Made by a program: the position numbers and the translations under genes. The notes beneath the pieces are model-generated. The model worked only from the letters and a program-made list of their open reading frames with translations, ran no database searches and was not told the DNA's origin. From contig JBBSVO010000003.1 of assembly GCA_038046805.1 (NCBI GenBank), positions 51,120 through 115,119 on the forward strand: 64,000 nt of DNA, written 5' to 3'. Source of the stretch: Candidatus Micrarchaeota archaeon (lineage in GTDB: Archaea > Micrarchaeota > Micrarchaeia > Anstonellales > Bilamarchaeaceae). Of this stretch, positions 17,687 to 27,105 are shown in pieces. Each line of letters opens with the position of its first letter. Position 1 is the first letter of the stretch.

Positions 17687-19288
17687 TTAGGCTGAGCCGA
17701 TATTAAATATATCGCTATCCACTGCCTTGTCCGTTTCAAATCCCTCACGCAACCAGCTTTGGAGCATTGATTTTGCGCGCTGATACTGCTCCCTGCCGAC
17801 AACCACGTTTCCAATTGCATACCTCAAGTTCTTTGAATTGAAGCAAAACATTGAATCATGCACGTTCTCGCAATTATGGCAGAAATAACTGTCAGAGCAA
17901 TTTGAACTTGAATCAACCTCAAAACAGCGGGTTAGATTAAAGGAGGAATAACAATTTACGTTGAATGAGGAATTAAACGTGAATGCGCATCCGAAAACAT
18001 GGTCTGAACCGTTCGGCCAGGTGCAAAATGCGGAATCCTTGACATTAACGCAACCGAGTATGCTATAACAATTGGCGGAGTTTATTATTATCGGGCAGTT
18101 TGTTACGTTGCTGAAAACTCCGTCATGAAACTGGGCAGAAAGAAATGCGACGCCACTGAGAAGACCTGATACATTTGAAAAATCGAGTTTTTCCGCTTCG
18201 ATTTCGCCGAGTTTCTGGATTTCGCTTAATTGACTGGCTTCGGACAGGTTCACAAAGCGATTGCGGCTCTTATCAAACGCATGATAATTCTCGTAATTCG
18301 GAACAGTTGTTTTTCCGCTTCCTAGAACACTTTCAGTTTCGGCTACATTAATTATATGTCGCTTAAGCCATTCTGAATAATCGCAAACGCTGCCTGAAAG
18401 CGGCTTTCCAAAAATAAGAGATGCAGTTTCGGAGAATGCTTTTTCTATTTCTGGATTTAATCCGCTTTGTTCGGACGGTTTTGCAAAATTCGCAAGTTGA
18501 ACCAATGTATTTTTTTCTGGAGTACCGCATTCATTTACGATATCCGCAAGCGATGGGGCACGCTTTTTCTGCTTCAGGATATCACGAATCTGCGCGAGAA
18601 GGTGGCTTTTGATAGTCAAGTATTTTTCCTTTGGCAATGCGAGGTTTCCGATAACATTTCTCTTGGAACGCAAGTTAAACGAAAAAATGCAATCATTACA
18701 CCCCATCAGATTATATGTGTAATAACACTCCGAGGACATCCATGTAAGCCAGCCCTCAAATTTTCTTCCACCCTTTCCGTGCTGGTGACAACGTATGTCA
18801 TAATTGGAAAAAGACCCTACATTACACCCAAAGATATTTTCAGAATTCTTACAGATGGTAGAGTATGCAATATTCTTTGACTCCTGGATTCTCGCAGATT
18901 CGTAAACATAATAGCTATTGCTTACGCTCGAACTTTTTTCAACGAATTGCGATGTGCCGAGGATTATGTTTCCGGAGTAATAAATCCGCTCTCGCACGGC
19001 TTCGAGAATTGAATCAATATCCTTAGTGTCGTCTATGCAAAGAGGTTCAAACTTTCTTCCGAAATCTATTTCATCAAAGCTCATGTGCTTTGCGTTCTGC
19101 ATGTAATCTGTTGAGGAGAAAACAACTTCCTTTCCGGACAGACTAGACGTCCCCCTTAGCCTTGGCTGCTTAAGCTCCAAAAGCCAGTTCTCAAATTCCT
19201 TAAGCTCCCCGACTTCTCCTCCAAGAACTACCTTGCAGGTGCGGTTCCACTCGTTGTTTAGGTGTCCATAAATCATATCTTCTGGCAT
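17687..19288 (-). CDS. Cys-rich repeat protein, fused form
   Basis: W..TCKVVLGGEVGEL, KDIDSILEAV, LTRCFEVDSSSNCSDSYFCHNC. Confidence 0.88.
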   Translation of the reverse strand: MPEDMIYGHLNNEWNRTCKVVLGGEVGELKEFENWLLELKQPRLRGTSSLSGKEVVFSSTDYMQNAKHMSFDEIDFGRKFEPLCIDDTKDIDSILEAVRERIYYSGNIILGTSQFVEKSSSVSNSYYVYESARIQESKNIAYSTICKNSENIFGCNVGSFSNYDIRCHQHGKGGRKFEGWLTWMSSECYYTYNLMGCNDCIFSFNLRSKRNVIGNLALPKEKYLTIKSHLLAQIRDILKQKKRAPSLADIVNECGTPEKNTLVQLANFAKPSEQSGLNPEIEKAFSETASLIFGKPLSGSVCDYSEWLKRHIINVAETESVLGSGKTTVPNYENYHAFDKSRNRFVNLSEASQLSEIQKLGEIEAEKLDFSNVSGLLSGVAFLSAQFHDGVFSNVTNCPIIINSANCYSILGCVNVKDSAFCTWPNGSDHVFGCAFTFNSSFNVNCYSSFNLTRCFEVDSSSNCSDSYFCHNCENVHDSMFCFNSKNLRYAIGNVVVGREQYQRAKSMLQSWLREGFETDKAVDSDIFNIGSA

Positions 19289-19310
19289 AATTCTATTGCG
19301 CCTCCGGAGT

Positions 19311-19339
19311 TATTTATATATTATCTTCCCCCTAGGGGG
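19311..19339 (-). promoter_or_regulatory. TATA box plus palindrome CCCCCTAGGGGG
   Basis: 12-bp palindrome 19328-19339 just upstream of the minus-strand TATA, in a divergent promoter. Confidence 0.5.
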
Positions 19340-19383
19340 TCGTAGTAGGAAGATTAATAAAAATTACCAGAGAATAGAAACCT

Positions 19384-20151
19384 ATGGACACGAGACTGCT
19401 TGAACAGATAGGACTTACCAAGGGGGAAAGTAGGGTTTACCTCTCGCTCCTTAAGCTTGGTAATTCTAAAACCGGGCAATTGGCATCGCTTGCGAGTGTT
19501 TCATCTTCGAAAGTTTACAAGATTCTTGACCGCCTTGAGAAAAAAGGGCTGGTTGGACACGTGATGAAAGGGAATATAAAATATTTCAGCTCCATGGAGC
19601 CGCGACGCATTTTGGATTATCTTGACGAAAAACGCTCAAAGCTTGAGCAGGACAGGGCACTTTTAGCGCAACTCGTACCTGAGCTGGAAAAACAGAAAAA
19701 AGCCGCGGGTCAAAAAACTGAGGTGACACTTTACGACGGTTACAAAGGAGTGGCAAATTTTTTCAGAAATATTGTTGATGAACTGAAGTTCGGAGACGAG
19801 TATTTCGTTATCGGAGCATATTATGGAAAGGAAGCACAGGACGAGATTACGGCCAGATGGAGGGAATTTTTCTATAAGCACCATCTGAGAAGAATTGCCA
19901 AAGGAATTAAAGTAAAGATGCTTGCAAACCACGACATCAAGGGAAAAATGGTACAGACAACACAACAAAAATCAGAGATACGCTATTTACCCCAGTACCT
20001 GATTACTAATATGGAAATCGTTTTCTATAATAACAAAGTCTTTATCGCTTTTTTTACCAGTGAACCAAAGGCATTTTTGCTGGAAAGCGAAGAGGCAGTG
20101 AAAAGCTTCAGGAAATATTTTGAGGTATTGTGGAGGATTGCAAAGCCCTGA
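19384..20151 (+). CDS. TrmB-family regulator
   Basis: GLT.GESRVYLSLL...SSKVY.IL.RL.KKGLV wHTH plus effector domain. Confidence 0.9.
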   Translation: MDTRLLEQIGLTKGESRVYLSLLKLGNSKTGQLASLASVSSSKVYKILDRLEKKGLVGHVMKGNIKYFSSMEPRRILDYLDEKRSKLEQDRALLAQLVPELEKQKKAAGQKTEVTLYDGYKGVANFFRNIVDELKFGDEYFVIGAYYGKEAQDEITARWREFFYKHHLRRIAKGIKVKMLANHDIKGKMVQTTQQKSEIRYLPQYLITNMEIVFYNNKVFIAFFTSEPKAFLLESEEAVKSFRKYFEVLWRIAKP

Positions 20152-21135
20152 TTACATTCGTTCCCTGGCCGTATTGAGCCTGGCGATATTCGCGTCTGTC
20201 AGGGGAACAAGAATAAGGTTCTCGGTTACTCCCTGCATAAGACGGGTAACTTCTTCTGCTGCTTTTCTTTGTACAGTTGCGGGTCTGCCCGGCATGTAAT
20301 AGTATTCAAGCATTTCAATCAGTATGACCACTGCTTCGGCCTTGGTAAGCGTCATTCGGCCATCAAATGCTCTAAGATACATATGCAATTTAGATGGTTC
20401 GAGCCCTCGCGCGGCAGGTTGCCTGTAATCTATTGGAGTTCCATTCAAGTCTGCAAGCACTCCGCCACCATATTGGCCGATTCTGTGCAGTTCAAGATAC
20501 TTATCTGCCCCAATCTCCAGTTCGCCAAGGGCATATTTTGGCATTATTGAGCCCCTCTTTCCAGCGAAAATTCCGCACGCCCTTGCACTGAAAAGTGTTG
20601 CCTCGGCAAGAAGCGCCAAATCCACGCCGCGTGCTCGATAGTCTTCGACAACACCGAGATAACCAATAAACATTGTTCCTGATTTTGGCAGGATTCCGCC
20701 CGTGGTTAAACCAACTGGGGTTCCATCCTTGGCCATTGCACTGCACCAGAAAGAGGCATAACCATACTGTGTAATTCTGCTCTGGACTTCGTCAAGAAGA
20801 TAATCGAGGGTTGGACCGTGGTCTTCCCAGTCCGCCTCTCTGAAAACCTTTCTATAAACCGAATAGTAAACTAATGCAAAATCCTTCAAACTCTCGTCCA
20901 TATACCTGAGATTGTTTCTGAGCTTGTCCTCTGACCAGTCATTGTTTATTGCGAGTGTCAAAAATCTCTTTGTACGGGATACCTTATGTTCATCACGGGC
21001 CGGATCAATAGAAGTGGGCTCTAAAAGGCTTACTCTGCCGTTAAAACCACGCTGTGCCGTGGCAACATAACAGACATCCACTGCTCTTGGGATAATTAAA
21101 CCTTGTTTTGGAGTTATTAATTTTGAACCAGACAT
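20152..21135 (-). CDS. Hypothetical protein with GNAT-like core
   Basis: FIGYLGVVEDYRARGV motif A. Confidence 0.65.
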   Translation of the reverse strand: MSGSKLITPKQGLIIPRAVDVCYVATAQRGFNGRVSLLEPTSIDPARDEHKVSRTKRFLTLAINNDWSEDKLRNNLRYMDESLKDFALVYYSVYRKVFREADWEDHGPTLDYLLDEVQSRITQYGYASFWCSAMAKDGTPVGLTTGGILPKSGTMFIGYLGVVEDYRARGVDLALLAEATLFSARACGIFAGKRGSIMPKYALGELEIGADKYLELHRIGQYGGGVLADLNGTPIDYRQPAARGLEPSKLHMYLRAFDGRMTLTKAEAVVILIEMLEYYYMPGRPATVQRKAAEEVTRLMQGVTENLILVPLTDANIARLNTARERM

Positions 21136-21208
21136 AGTATATTTTGTGTGCCAACGGATTTTTAAAGTGTGGTAAGATGGCAACTTTTAGGAAATAAGGC
21201 GATGCGGC

Positions 21209-22642
21209 TCAAGGCGGAGAACCACAGGTATAATCGTAATAAAATACCTTTCCGTCTTTTTCTGCCTTGAATTTTCCTGACATTGGACCCAGGTCTTTTT
21301 CGCAAACGTAATCGCATGAATAAGGCAGATTAACGCAGCCGCTTTTCAAGAACTTCGTATGTTGTTTATGAAAGCCCACACCTGCTAGAACCATCAGGCA
21401 TAACCCTGCAACAGCTACTGCCGGAACGACAAATTTACTGATGAAAAACCCCAACCACTGGGTATAAGGAACAGCATACTGACTATTAGCATCAATATCT
21501 GACTGGACAAGAACCTTGAGCACGCTCTGGGCACTGTCGGCATACATTTTTGCAGCCACAAATCCCTTTATCGCCGCATTGAGATCAAGCAGGCCAACTC
21601 TATGGGTTATCAATGACCGCAGTTCCAATTGCCTTCCAAACACCAGCTCAGATGTTTCATCGTGCAGTTCAAAGGCAGAGGAATAACTTGGCACCACTAA
21701 CCTGTTTCGGATTACAGATGGCTGCTCGGTTCTTGATAATTCGTTCCAGTGTTTTCTACCGCTTGAGTCAGAAATAAGATCGCCAAAGTATACTGCTATT
21801 CCGCCTTCTTCAATCAAATCAACCGCAGATAAAATTGCTTTTTCAGATGCACATGCTACAATAGCCTTCCTTATTCCAAATCCTTTCAAACTACGTGCTT
21901 CACCAGGTTTGAGAGCGATTGCACCAAATCCTTCGGAACGATTTCTCCGATACGCATTAGGTTCTATACTTAGTACATTTGCCCCATAAAGTCTGGTTAA
22001 GATCTGAGTAAATAACAAACCATTGGCCCCTTGACCTATAATCAAAACAGGTTCTCCCTTTTCGATAGCCTGGCCGAATTTCTTGAACATACTCGTTGCC
22101 TTTAGAACGCAATTAAGTGGCTCTACAAAGACTGCTTCCTCATATGAAATGCCGCTTGGAATCTTGATAAGACCTCGTGCTATTACCTCTTTTGGCAAAA
22201 CAATGTATTCGGCAAACCCGCCTCCGCTTGGTTTTCCATATCCAGCAGAAGTATCTACGTTTGCATATGTAGGACACTGCGAGAATCTCTTTTCATTGCA
22301 TGGTTTGCATTCTGAACCAAGACACGGAACATGATGAAAAACAGCAACCCGATCTCCAACAGACACCATCCTTACTTGTGAACCGCATTCAACAACTTCC
22401 CCTACGATTTCATGGCCAAAAACCCTGGGGTCTCTTTTGCCTAATCCAAGAAGATTAAACCAGATTTTTTTGACATCGGTGCCGCAAAGGCCAGTACAGA
22501 CGACACGCAATAATATCTGATCTGGACTAATAACCGGTTTTGGAATTCTCTCAACTTTTAATTTTCCGTTTTCATAAATAGCTGCATGCATAAAACTGCC
22601 GGATTTTTGCTGAGGATAGCCCAGGTGAATCAACTTACCCAT
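21209..22642 (-). CDS. Zn-dependent (MDR) dehydrogenase with C-terminal TM extension
   Basis: GLCGTD, GHE..G, structural Zn C..C..C.......C, G.G..G. Start uncertain (22642 or 22591). Confidence 0.88.
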   Translation of the reverse strand: MGKLIHLGYPQQKSGSFMHAAIYENGKLKVERIPKPVISPDQILLRVVCTGLCGTDVKKIWFNLLGLGKRDPRVFGHEIVGEVVECGSQVRMVSVGDRVAVFHHVPCLGSECKPCNEKRFSQCPTYANVDTSAGYGKPSGGGFAEYIVLPKEVIARGLIKIPSGISYEEAVFVEPLNCVLKATSMFKKFGQAIEKGEPVLIIGQGANGLLFTQILTRLYGANVLSIEPNAYRRNRSEGFGAIALKPGEARSLKGFGIRKAIVACASEKAILSAVDLIEEGGIAVYFGDLISDSSGRKHWNELSRTEQPSVIRNRLVVPSYSSAFELHDETSELVFGRQLELRSLITHRVGLLDLNAAIKGFVAAKMYADSAQSVLKVLVQSDIDANSQYAVPYTQWLGFFISKFVVPAVAVAGLCLMVLAGVGFHKQHTKFLKSGCVNLPYSCDYVCEKDLGPMSGKFKAEKDGKVFYYDYTCGSPP

Positions 22643-22674
22643 AGAAATATAATTTGACACAACTGATTTTTAAT

Positions 22675-23211
22675 TTAATGTTTTTTTGCTTGGTTCAGAA
22701 GAAAATCAAAGCAATCCTCTTTTGTCCCATGCCTTGAATTCCACTCTTTTACCAGTTTCTTATATGCCGCAAGCTCGCAGACATATTCAGAATTAGATGT
22801 TGCAGATCGTCCAAGACTCGAAATCCGAAACGCAAGACGCGGAACCATTGGGCATCTCGGGTGTGGAAGCATTTTACCCTCTAGATTTAAGGGATAACTT
22901 CTGCATCCTCGCGGTGCAACATCAAAAATCGTGCAGCGATTATTTTTGTCAAGGAAAATACATGGATGGGATTTGAAAGTGAGGATATACTCGTAGCGCG
23001 TCCCGTTATCTGCCCCAGTATCCGCTCTGTAGCACTCCAGCACCGTCTCGTTGTCCTGATTGAAAATACGTGCGGGTTCCAGGACTGCAAATTCTTCGGG
23101 TTTTTTATTTAGTTTTTCCGCAACGCGGAGGACGTCAAAAGAAGTAACGGTGATGAAATAGTCCTTGCAGCAAATGGCTGAGCAAAATTGGCAGGGAGAA
23201 GGAATTGCCAT
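22675..23211 (-). CDS. YkgJ/CxxCxxCC Fe-S or Zn protein
   Basis: CQFCSAICC, PCIFL....C.I...P..C..YP. Confidence 0.9.
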   Translation of the reverse strand: MAIPSPCQFCSAICCKDYFITVTSFDVLRVAEKLNKKPEEFAVLEPARIFNQDNETVLECYRADTGADNGTRYEYILTFKSHPCIFLDKNNRCTIFDVAPRGCRSYPLNLEGKMLPHPRCPMVPRLAFRISSLGRSATSNSEYVCELAAYKKLVKEWNSRHGTKEDCFDFLLNQAKKH

Positions 23212-23254
23212 ACAAATTATAACGAAAAACGGATTAATAAAACCGCTCTAGGCC

Positions 23255-23839
23255 TCAGAACCTCTTCTCAACCGCATCCCAGTCTAATGCCTTGAAAAAA
23301 GAGTTTATGTAATCCGCGCGCTTCAGACCGTAATCAAGCATGAACGCATGCTCGAATACATCCATTACAAGAAGCGGGATTGCACCGGAAAGATGGCCAG
23401 TATCATGCTCGTTTATCCAGACGTTGAACAATCGCTTTGCGAGCGGATCAAAATACAAAATAACCCACCCGATTCCGCGCATCGCACCGGTTGCCCGAAA
23501 ATCTTTTTCCCAGTTTTCATAGGAACCGAAATCAGTGGTGAATTGTTTTGATAGTTTTGAATTTGAACCGCCCGAGGGGGATTTTCCGCCCTTAACTATG
23601 TTTCCGAAATACAATTCATGCAATCGCATTCCATTGAATTCCCAGCCAAACCTTCGCTTTAATTCAGCGTATTCTGGAACCGTGGTTTTTCCTTCCTTTG
23701 CCATCGAGGAAAGCGCATCTGCCAGCTTGTTTGTGTTTGTTACGTAACCCTGGTACAGGATAAAATGGTTTTTCAGGAGCGCGTCGCTGAAACCTTCTGT
23801 TCCCAACAGCGTATCAAAATTCTTTGGTTCGTAAGTCAT
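23255..23839 (-). CDS. sod: Fe/Mn superoxide dismutase
   Basis: H..LY.GYV, LHELYF, DVFEHAF. Confidence 0.9.
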   Translation of the reverse strand: MTYEPKNFDTLLGTEGFSDALLKNHFILYQGYVTNTNKLADALSSMAKEGKTTVPEYAELKRRFGWEFNGMRLHELYFGNIVKGGKSPSGGSNSKLSKQFTTDFGSYENWEKDFRATGAMRGIGWVILYFDPLAKRLFNVWINEHDTGHLSGAIPLLVMDVFEHAFMLDYGLKRADYINSFFKALDWDAVEKRF

Positions 23840-23879
23840 AGATTCACCAGTGTATTGGCAGTTTGCATACTGCGATTCG

Positions 23880-24323
23880 TTAGTAGCTGCTGCCAGATTT
23901 CTTTAATAATAGCTCAAGCTCTGTTATGTGCTCCTGCTCTTCCATTAATATATGCCTTATCTCGTGCTCAAGTAGAAAATCATAGTATTTTGGTTTTTCC
24001 TTTGTGAGTTTTTCCATTATTTTTCTGTAAACGTCAACTGCCATTTTTTCATCTTTTAAATTCTGCTCAAGGATTTCAGTTATGGTTTTGGCTTGAGCTG
24101 TTGGGGCAACGTTCATTGATGGTACTCCGCCTAATGCGCCAATTAATGTTCGGAATTTTTCCTGATGCTTAAGCTCATCTCCTGCGATTTCCTTAAGCCT
24201 TGCAATAATCGGCTCTGCATTTTCACCTTCAACTATTTCCGCATGACTAAGGTACTGAATATGCGCAGAATGTTCCAACTCGAGTGCTTTGTTCAAAAGT
24301 CCAATAATTTCTTCTTTTCCCAT
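23880..24323 (-). CDS. Ferritin-like (bacterioferritin/rubrerythrin) protein
   Basis: E..A..QY, DELKH, E..A...Y and EEQEH diiron motifs. Confidence 0.9.
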   Translation of the reverse strand: MGKEEIIGLLNKALELEHSAHIQYLSHAEIVEGENAEPIIARLKEIAGDELKHQEKFRTLIGALGGVPSMNVAPTAQAKTITEILEQNLKDEKMAVDVYRKIMEKLTKEKPKYYDFLLEHEIRHILMEEQEHITELELLLKKSGSSY

Positions 24324-24357
24324 AATATCACCAAATGATAGAGCACCTACAAATGTT

Positions 24358-24948
24358 TTATAGCTTCCCTACAAGGTCCAGATTTGGGGAAAGTGTCTTT
24401 TTTCCAGGTTCCCAGCTTGCCGGGCAAACCTGTCCCGGATGCTCACGAACGAACTTGGCTGCTTTTAGCTTTCGCAATATTTCCTTTGCACTTCTTCCAA
24501 TGCTGTTATCGTGGATTTCCGCGCTTTTTACGACGCCGTCCGGATCAATAATGAACGTTCCGCGAAGAGAAAGGCCGACTCCCTCGATATAAGTGCCGAA
24601 TTCACGGCATAACTTTCCGGTTGGATCCGCAAGCATTGGAAATTTAATCTTTTTTATTGATGGAGAAACATCGTGCCATGCCTTGTGGACAAAAACAGTA
24701 TCTGTGCTCACACTCATTACCTCTGCGTCCTGTTTTGCGAATTCTTCGTAAAGATCTGCCAGTTCCTCCAGTTCGGTCGGACAGACGAATGTGAAATCAG
24801 CGGGATAGAATGCCAATACTAGCCACTTCCCACCTTTTGCGGAATCCGCGAAATAATCGGACAGCTTAATCTTCACGCTCTTGTTTGCGTGGAATGCCTC
24901 CAATTCCAAATCCTTTATTTCGTTTAATTTCTCCCCTACTCTTGCCAT
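24358..24948 (-). CDS. ahpC: 2-Cys peroxiredoxin AhpC
   Basis: FYPADFTFVCPTE and VCPASW. Confidence 0.96.
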   Translation of the reverse strand: MARVGEKLNEIKDLELEAFHANKSVKIKLSDYFADSAKGGKWLVLAFYPADFTFVCPTELEELADLYEEFAKQDAEVMSVSTDTVFVHKAWHDVSPSIKKIKFPMLADPTGKLCREFGTYIEGVGLSLRGTFIIDPDGVVKSAEIHDNSIGRSAKEILRKLKAAKFVREHPGQVCPASWEPGKKTLSPNLDLVGKL

Positions 24949-25107
24949 GTAAAAAACACCTCTGAAAGATATATTGATACTGAGTTAGACTAGCGGAATT
25001 ATTTATAAGCAAGGTTCGGAAACGTAACTGAACGCGGAACGCAAAACTCGAAACAGAATTATGCCTGGTTAACGTATTTATTTAAACAATGTCCGCAAAA
25101 TCCAACC

Positions 25108-26199
25108 ATGCCAGAACCATGGTTTCCCTTGCCATTAGCACTTGCCCCTCCGAGGGAAAAAACCGGAAAACTAGAACTCATCGCACCGTTGCCAACTTTT
25201 GCATTGGAATTGTTGGAAACAGACAAACTGAGGATGAAGCTTGGTCTGGACATGGCATATTCCGCCTTTGAAAACCTTCAGAACATCTATAAGGGAATGT
25301 CTGCGGGAGAAAAAAGCGGAGAGTCCGGAACACTCGGAATAAAATACGTCCTTAACAGCGGTGTTACAAAATCCCCGTCCGAGGTTTTGGCGACGGGGAA
25401 AGGAGACTGCGACGAGATAACAAGGCTGGCTTTCCTTTCTGCCTCTGGGCTTGGAGCCCAAAACGCAGTCATGGTTGAAATGACCTGGACAAATCCCAAG
25501 ACAAAACTGTTTGAGGGGCATTCCGCGCTGGTGCTGATACCTGAGAATCCGCTGGATGCCCCACTGGTTTTTGATTTCACATATCTGCATGATGGAAAGC
25601 AGCTGGAATCCGCAGACCTTGAGAAAGGGCTGAAGAAGTTCTATGCAGAAGATGCGAAGAATCCTGATTTTAAGATAGCGCAGTTTGGAACTGTTACGGA
25701 AGTGGAGGCGTCTTATTACGACAAGGTCGGCTGGCAGTATTCCACGATTGGAAATTGGGAGATGACCGCGCTGGCTTATGAAAAGGCGGTGGGCCTTGTG
25801 CCTGATGGATTTGAGTATAACCGAAATCTTGGCTTCACTTATAAAAAATTAAAGAAATATGAAAAGGCTCTGGAGTATTACAAAAAAGCGTCTGAAACAA
25901 AAGAAGGAAAAGAAGACACGGAGACTTATTCAAATATCGGAGATATCTATTTATCATTAAAAAGATACGAAGAAGCAGGGCAAACGTTAAAACTTGCATT
26001 GTCCCTAAATCCGAACAGAACGCTCTATGAAACAATAGGTCATAACCTTGCAACTGCAATGTTCAAGGAAGGAAAACGTCTTATGAATGAAAAAAAACAT
26101 GACGATGCCCTTGCTCATTTCAATGAAGCCTTGCAATATTTACCTAGCAATGAGGATATTAAACATATGATAAAACTGTTAGAAACAAAAACAAGATGA
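25108..26199 (+). CDS. Transglutaminase-like domain plus TPR repeats
   Basis: GDCDE...GHS...FDFT triad, C-terminal TPRs. Confidence 0.8.
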   Translation: MPEPWFPLPLALAPPREKTGKLELIAPLPTFALELLETDKLRMKLGLDMAYSAFENLQNIYKGMSAGEKSGESGTLGIKYVLNSGVTKSPSEVLATGKGDCDEITRLAFLSASGLGAQNAVMVEMTWTNPKTKLFEGHSALVLIPENPLDAPLVFDFTYLHDGKQLESADLEKGLKKFYAEDAKNPDFKIAQFGTVTEVEASYYDKVGWQYSTIGNWEMTALAYEKAVGLVPDGFEYNRNLGFTYKKLKKYEKALEYYKKASETKEGKEDTETYSNIGDIYLSLKRYEEAGQTLKLALSLNPNRTLYETIGHNLATAMFKEGKRLMNEKKHDDALAHFNEALQYLPSNEDIKHMIKLLETKTR

Positions 26200-26200
26200 A

Positions 26201-26572
26201 TCACCTAATATTGGGTGCAGGGATTAAATTACTGGGGGTTTCTTTTGGTTTTAATGTCATTGAACCATCCGGATCAAGTTGCATCTTCGATCCGTATTTG
26301 CTAATGAAAATAACTGTGCCATCACGTTGCGTTTCAATAATTTTACCTTCAGCAACAATATCCCCGTCTCCATCAAATATTCTAATAGTTCCATCTTTTC
26401 GCTTAAGTAATACTATTCCATTTGGATAAGTAACCTGTACTTTCCCGGGCACAGTACTTTTCGCATCTGCCATAATCCCTTCTTGCATTGAAGGTTTAAA
26501 ATCAGTTGGCTTGACCGAAGAGCATGATAGGGCGAACGCAGCGATTGAAGCACCAACAATCAATCTTCGCAT
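26201..26572 (-). CDS. Small lipoprotein with beta-hairpin repeats
   Basis: MRRLIVGASIAAFALSC, repeated (P/R)DGT motifs. Confidence 0.7.
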   Translation of the reverse strand: MRRLIVGASIAAFALSCSSVKPTDFKPSMQEGIMADAKSTVPGKVQVTYPNGIVLLKRKDGTIRIFDGDGDIVAEGKIIETQRDGTVIFISKYGSKMQLDPDGSMTLKPKETPSNLIPAPNIR

Positions 26573-26736
26573 GTTATAGATATAGTTAAAAAAGGATATA
26601 AATCCATCAGTTACAATCACCCTTCAGAAAGCGACTAAAAATAGAATAATAGACACAACCCGAAACTGGAAACAAGAAACCATAAAGCTGCTGCATCAAG
26701 CTTTTCGGCTCATTACAGAACTGAAAACCGGAGACC

Positions 26737-26968
26737 CGAAACAGTAAACAGCATGTGCCACACGTGTTCAAGAGCCCTTCAGGGGGAGCGCCCCCTAAAG
26801 TGCTTCACCCCCAGCAACCCCCCATAGCGAATAGACTTCAAGACACAAAACTCGAAACAGTAAACAGCATGTGCCGCACGTGTTCAAGAGCCTTTTTGGC
26901 TTATGGTTTCTAAGGGCAAAAACGCGTCGCGAAAAACCATGGAAAAGCATTGTGCCGCACGTGTTCAA
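26737..26968 (-). repeat. Three copies of TTGAACACGTGYGGCACA (3' end of candidate RNA) separated by structured or heptamer inserts
   Basis: Copies near 26754-26771, 26870-26887 and 26951-26968. Two copies share 40 nt of context. Spacing 116 and 81 nt. Confidence 0.85.
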
Positions 26969-27025
26969 CACACCTTCATAGTTTAAACTCAGGCGGCCAT
27001 TAGCGCACGGCACAGGATAAATAAA
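26948..27025 (-). ncRNA. Candidate archaeal box H/ACA guide RNA
   Basis: Basal stem GCCGUGCG/CGUGCGGC, internal pocket, CGCCU/AGGUG stem with K-turn (CUGA...UAUGA), 3' ACA, promoter AAAGGTATATAT about 25 nt upstream. Confidence 0.6.
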
Positions 27026-27105
27026 ACGGATGGATGATATATACCTTTGTGGTAGTTTTCCTATAATAGTATAGCTTTTAAATACGTGGATGCAAATAGA
27101 AGAAT

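Noticed and set aside
26737..26968. CRISPR array
   Set aside because: Only three copies, irregular spacing (116 and 81 nt), structured spacers, no cas genes
26990..27030. 5S rRNA start (AGGCGGCCATTAGCG)
   Set aside because: Similarity ends after about 15 nt, and G-U pairing and promoter favour a minus-strand RNA
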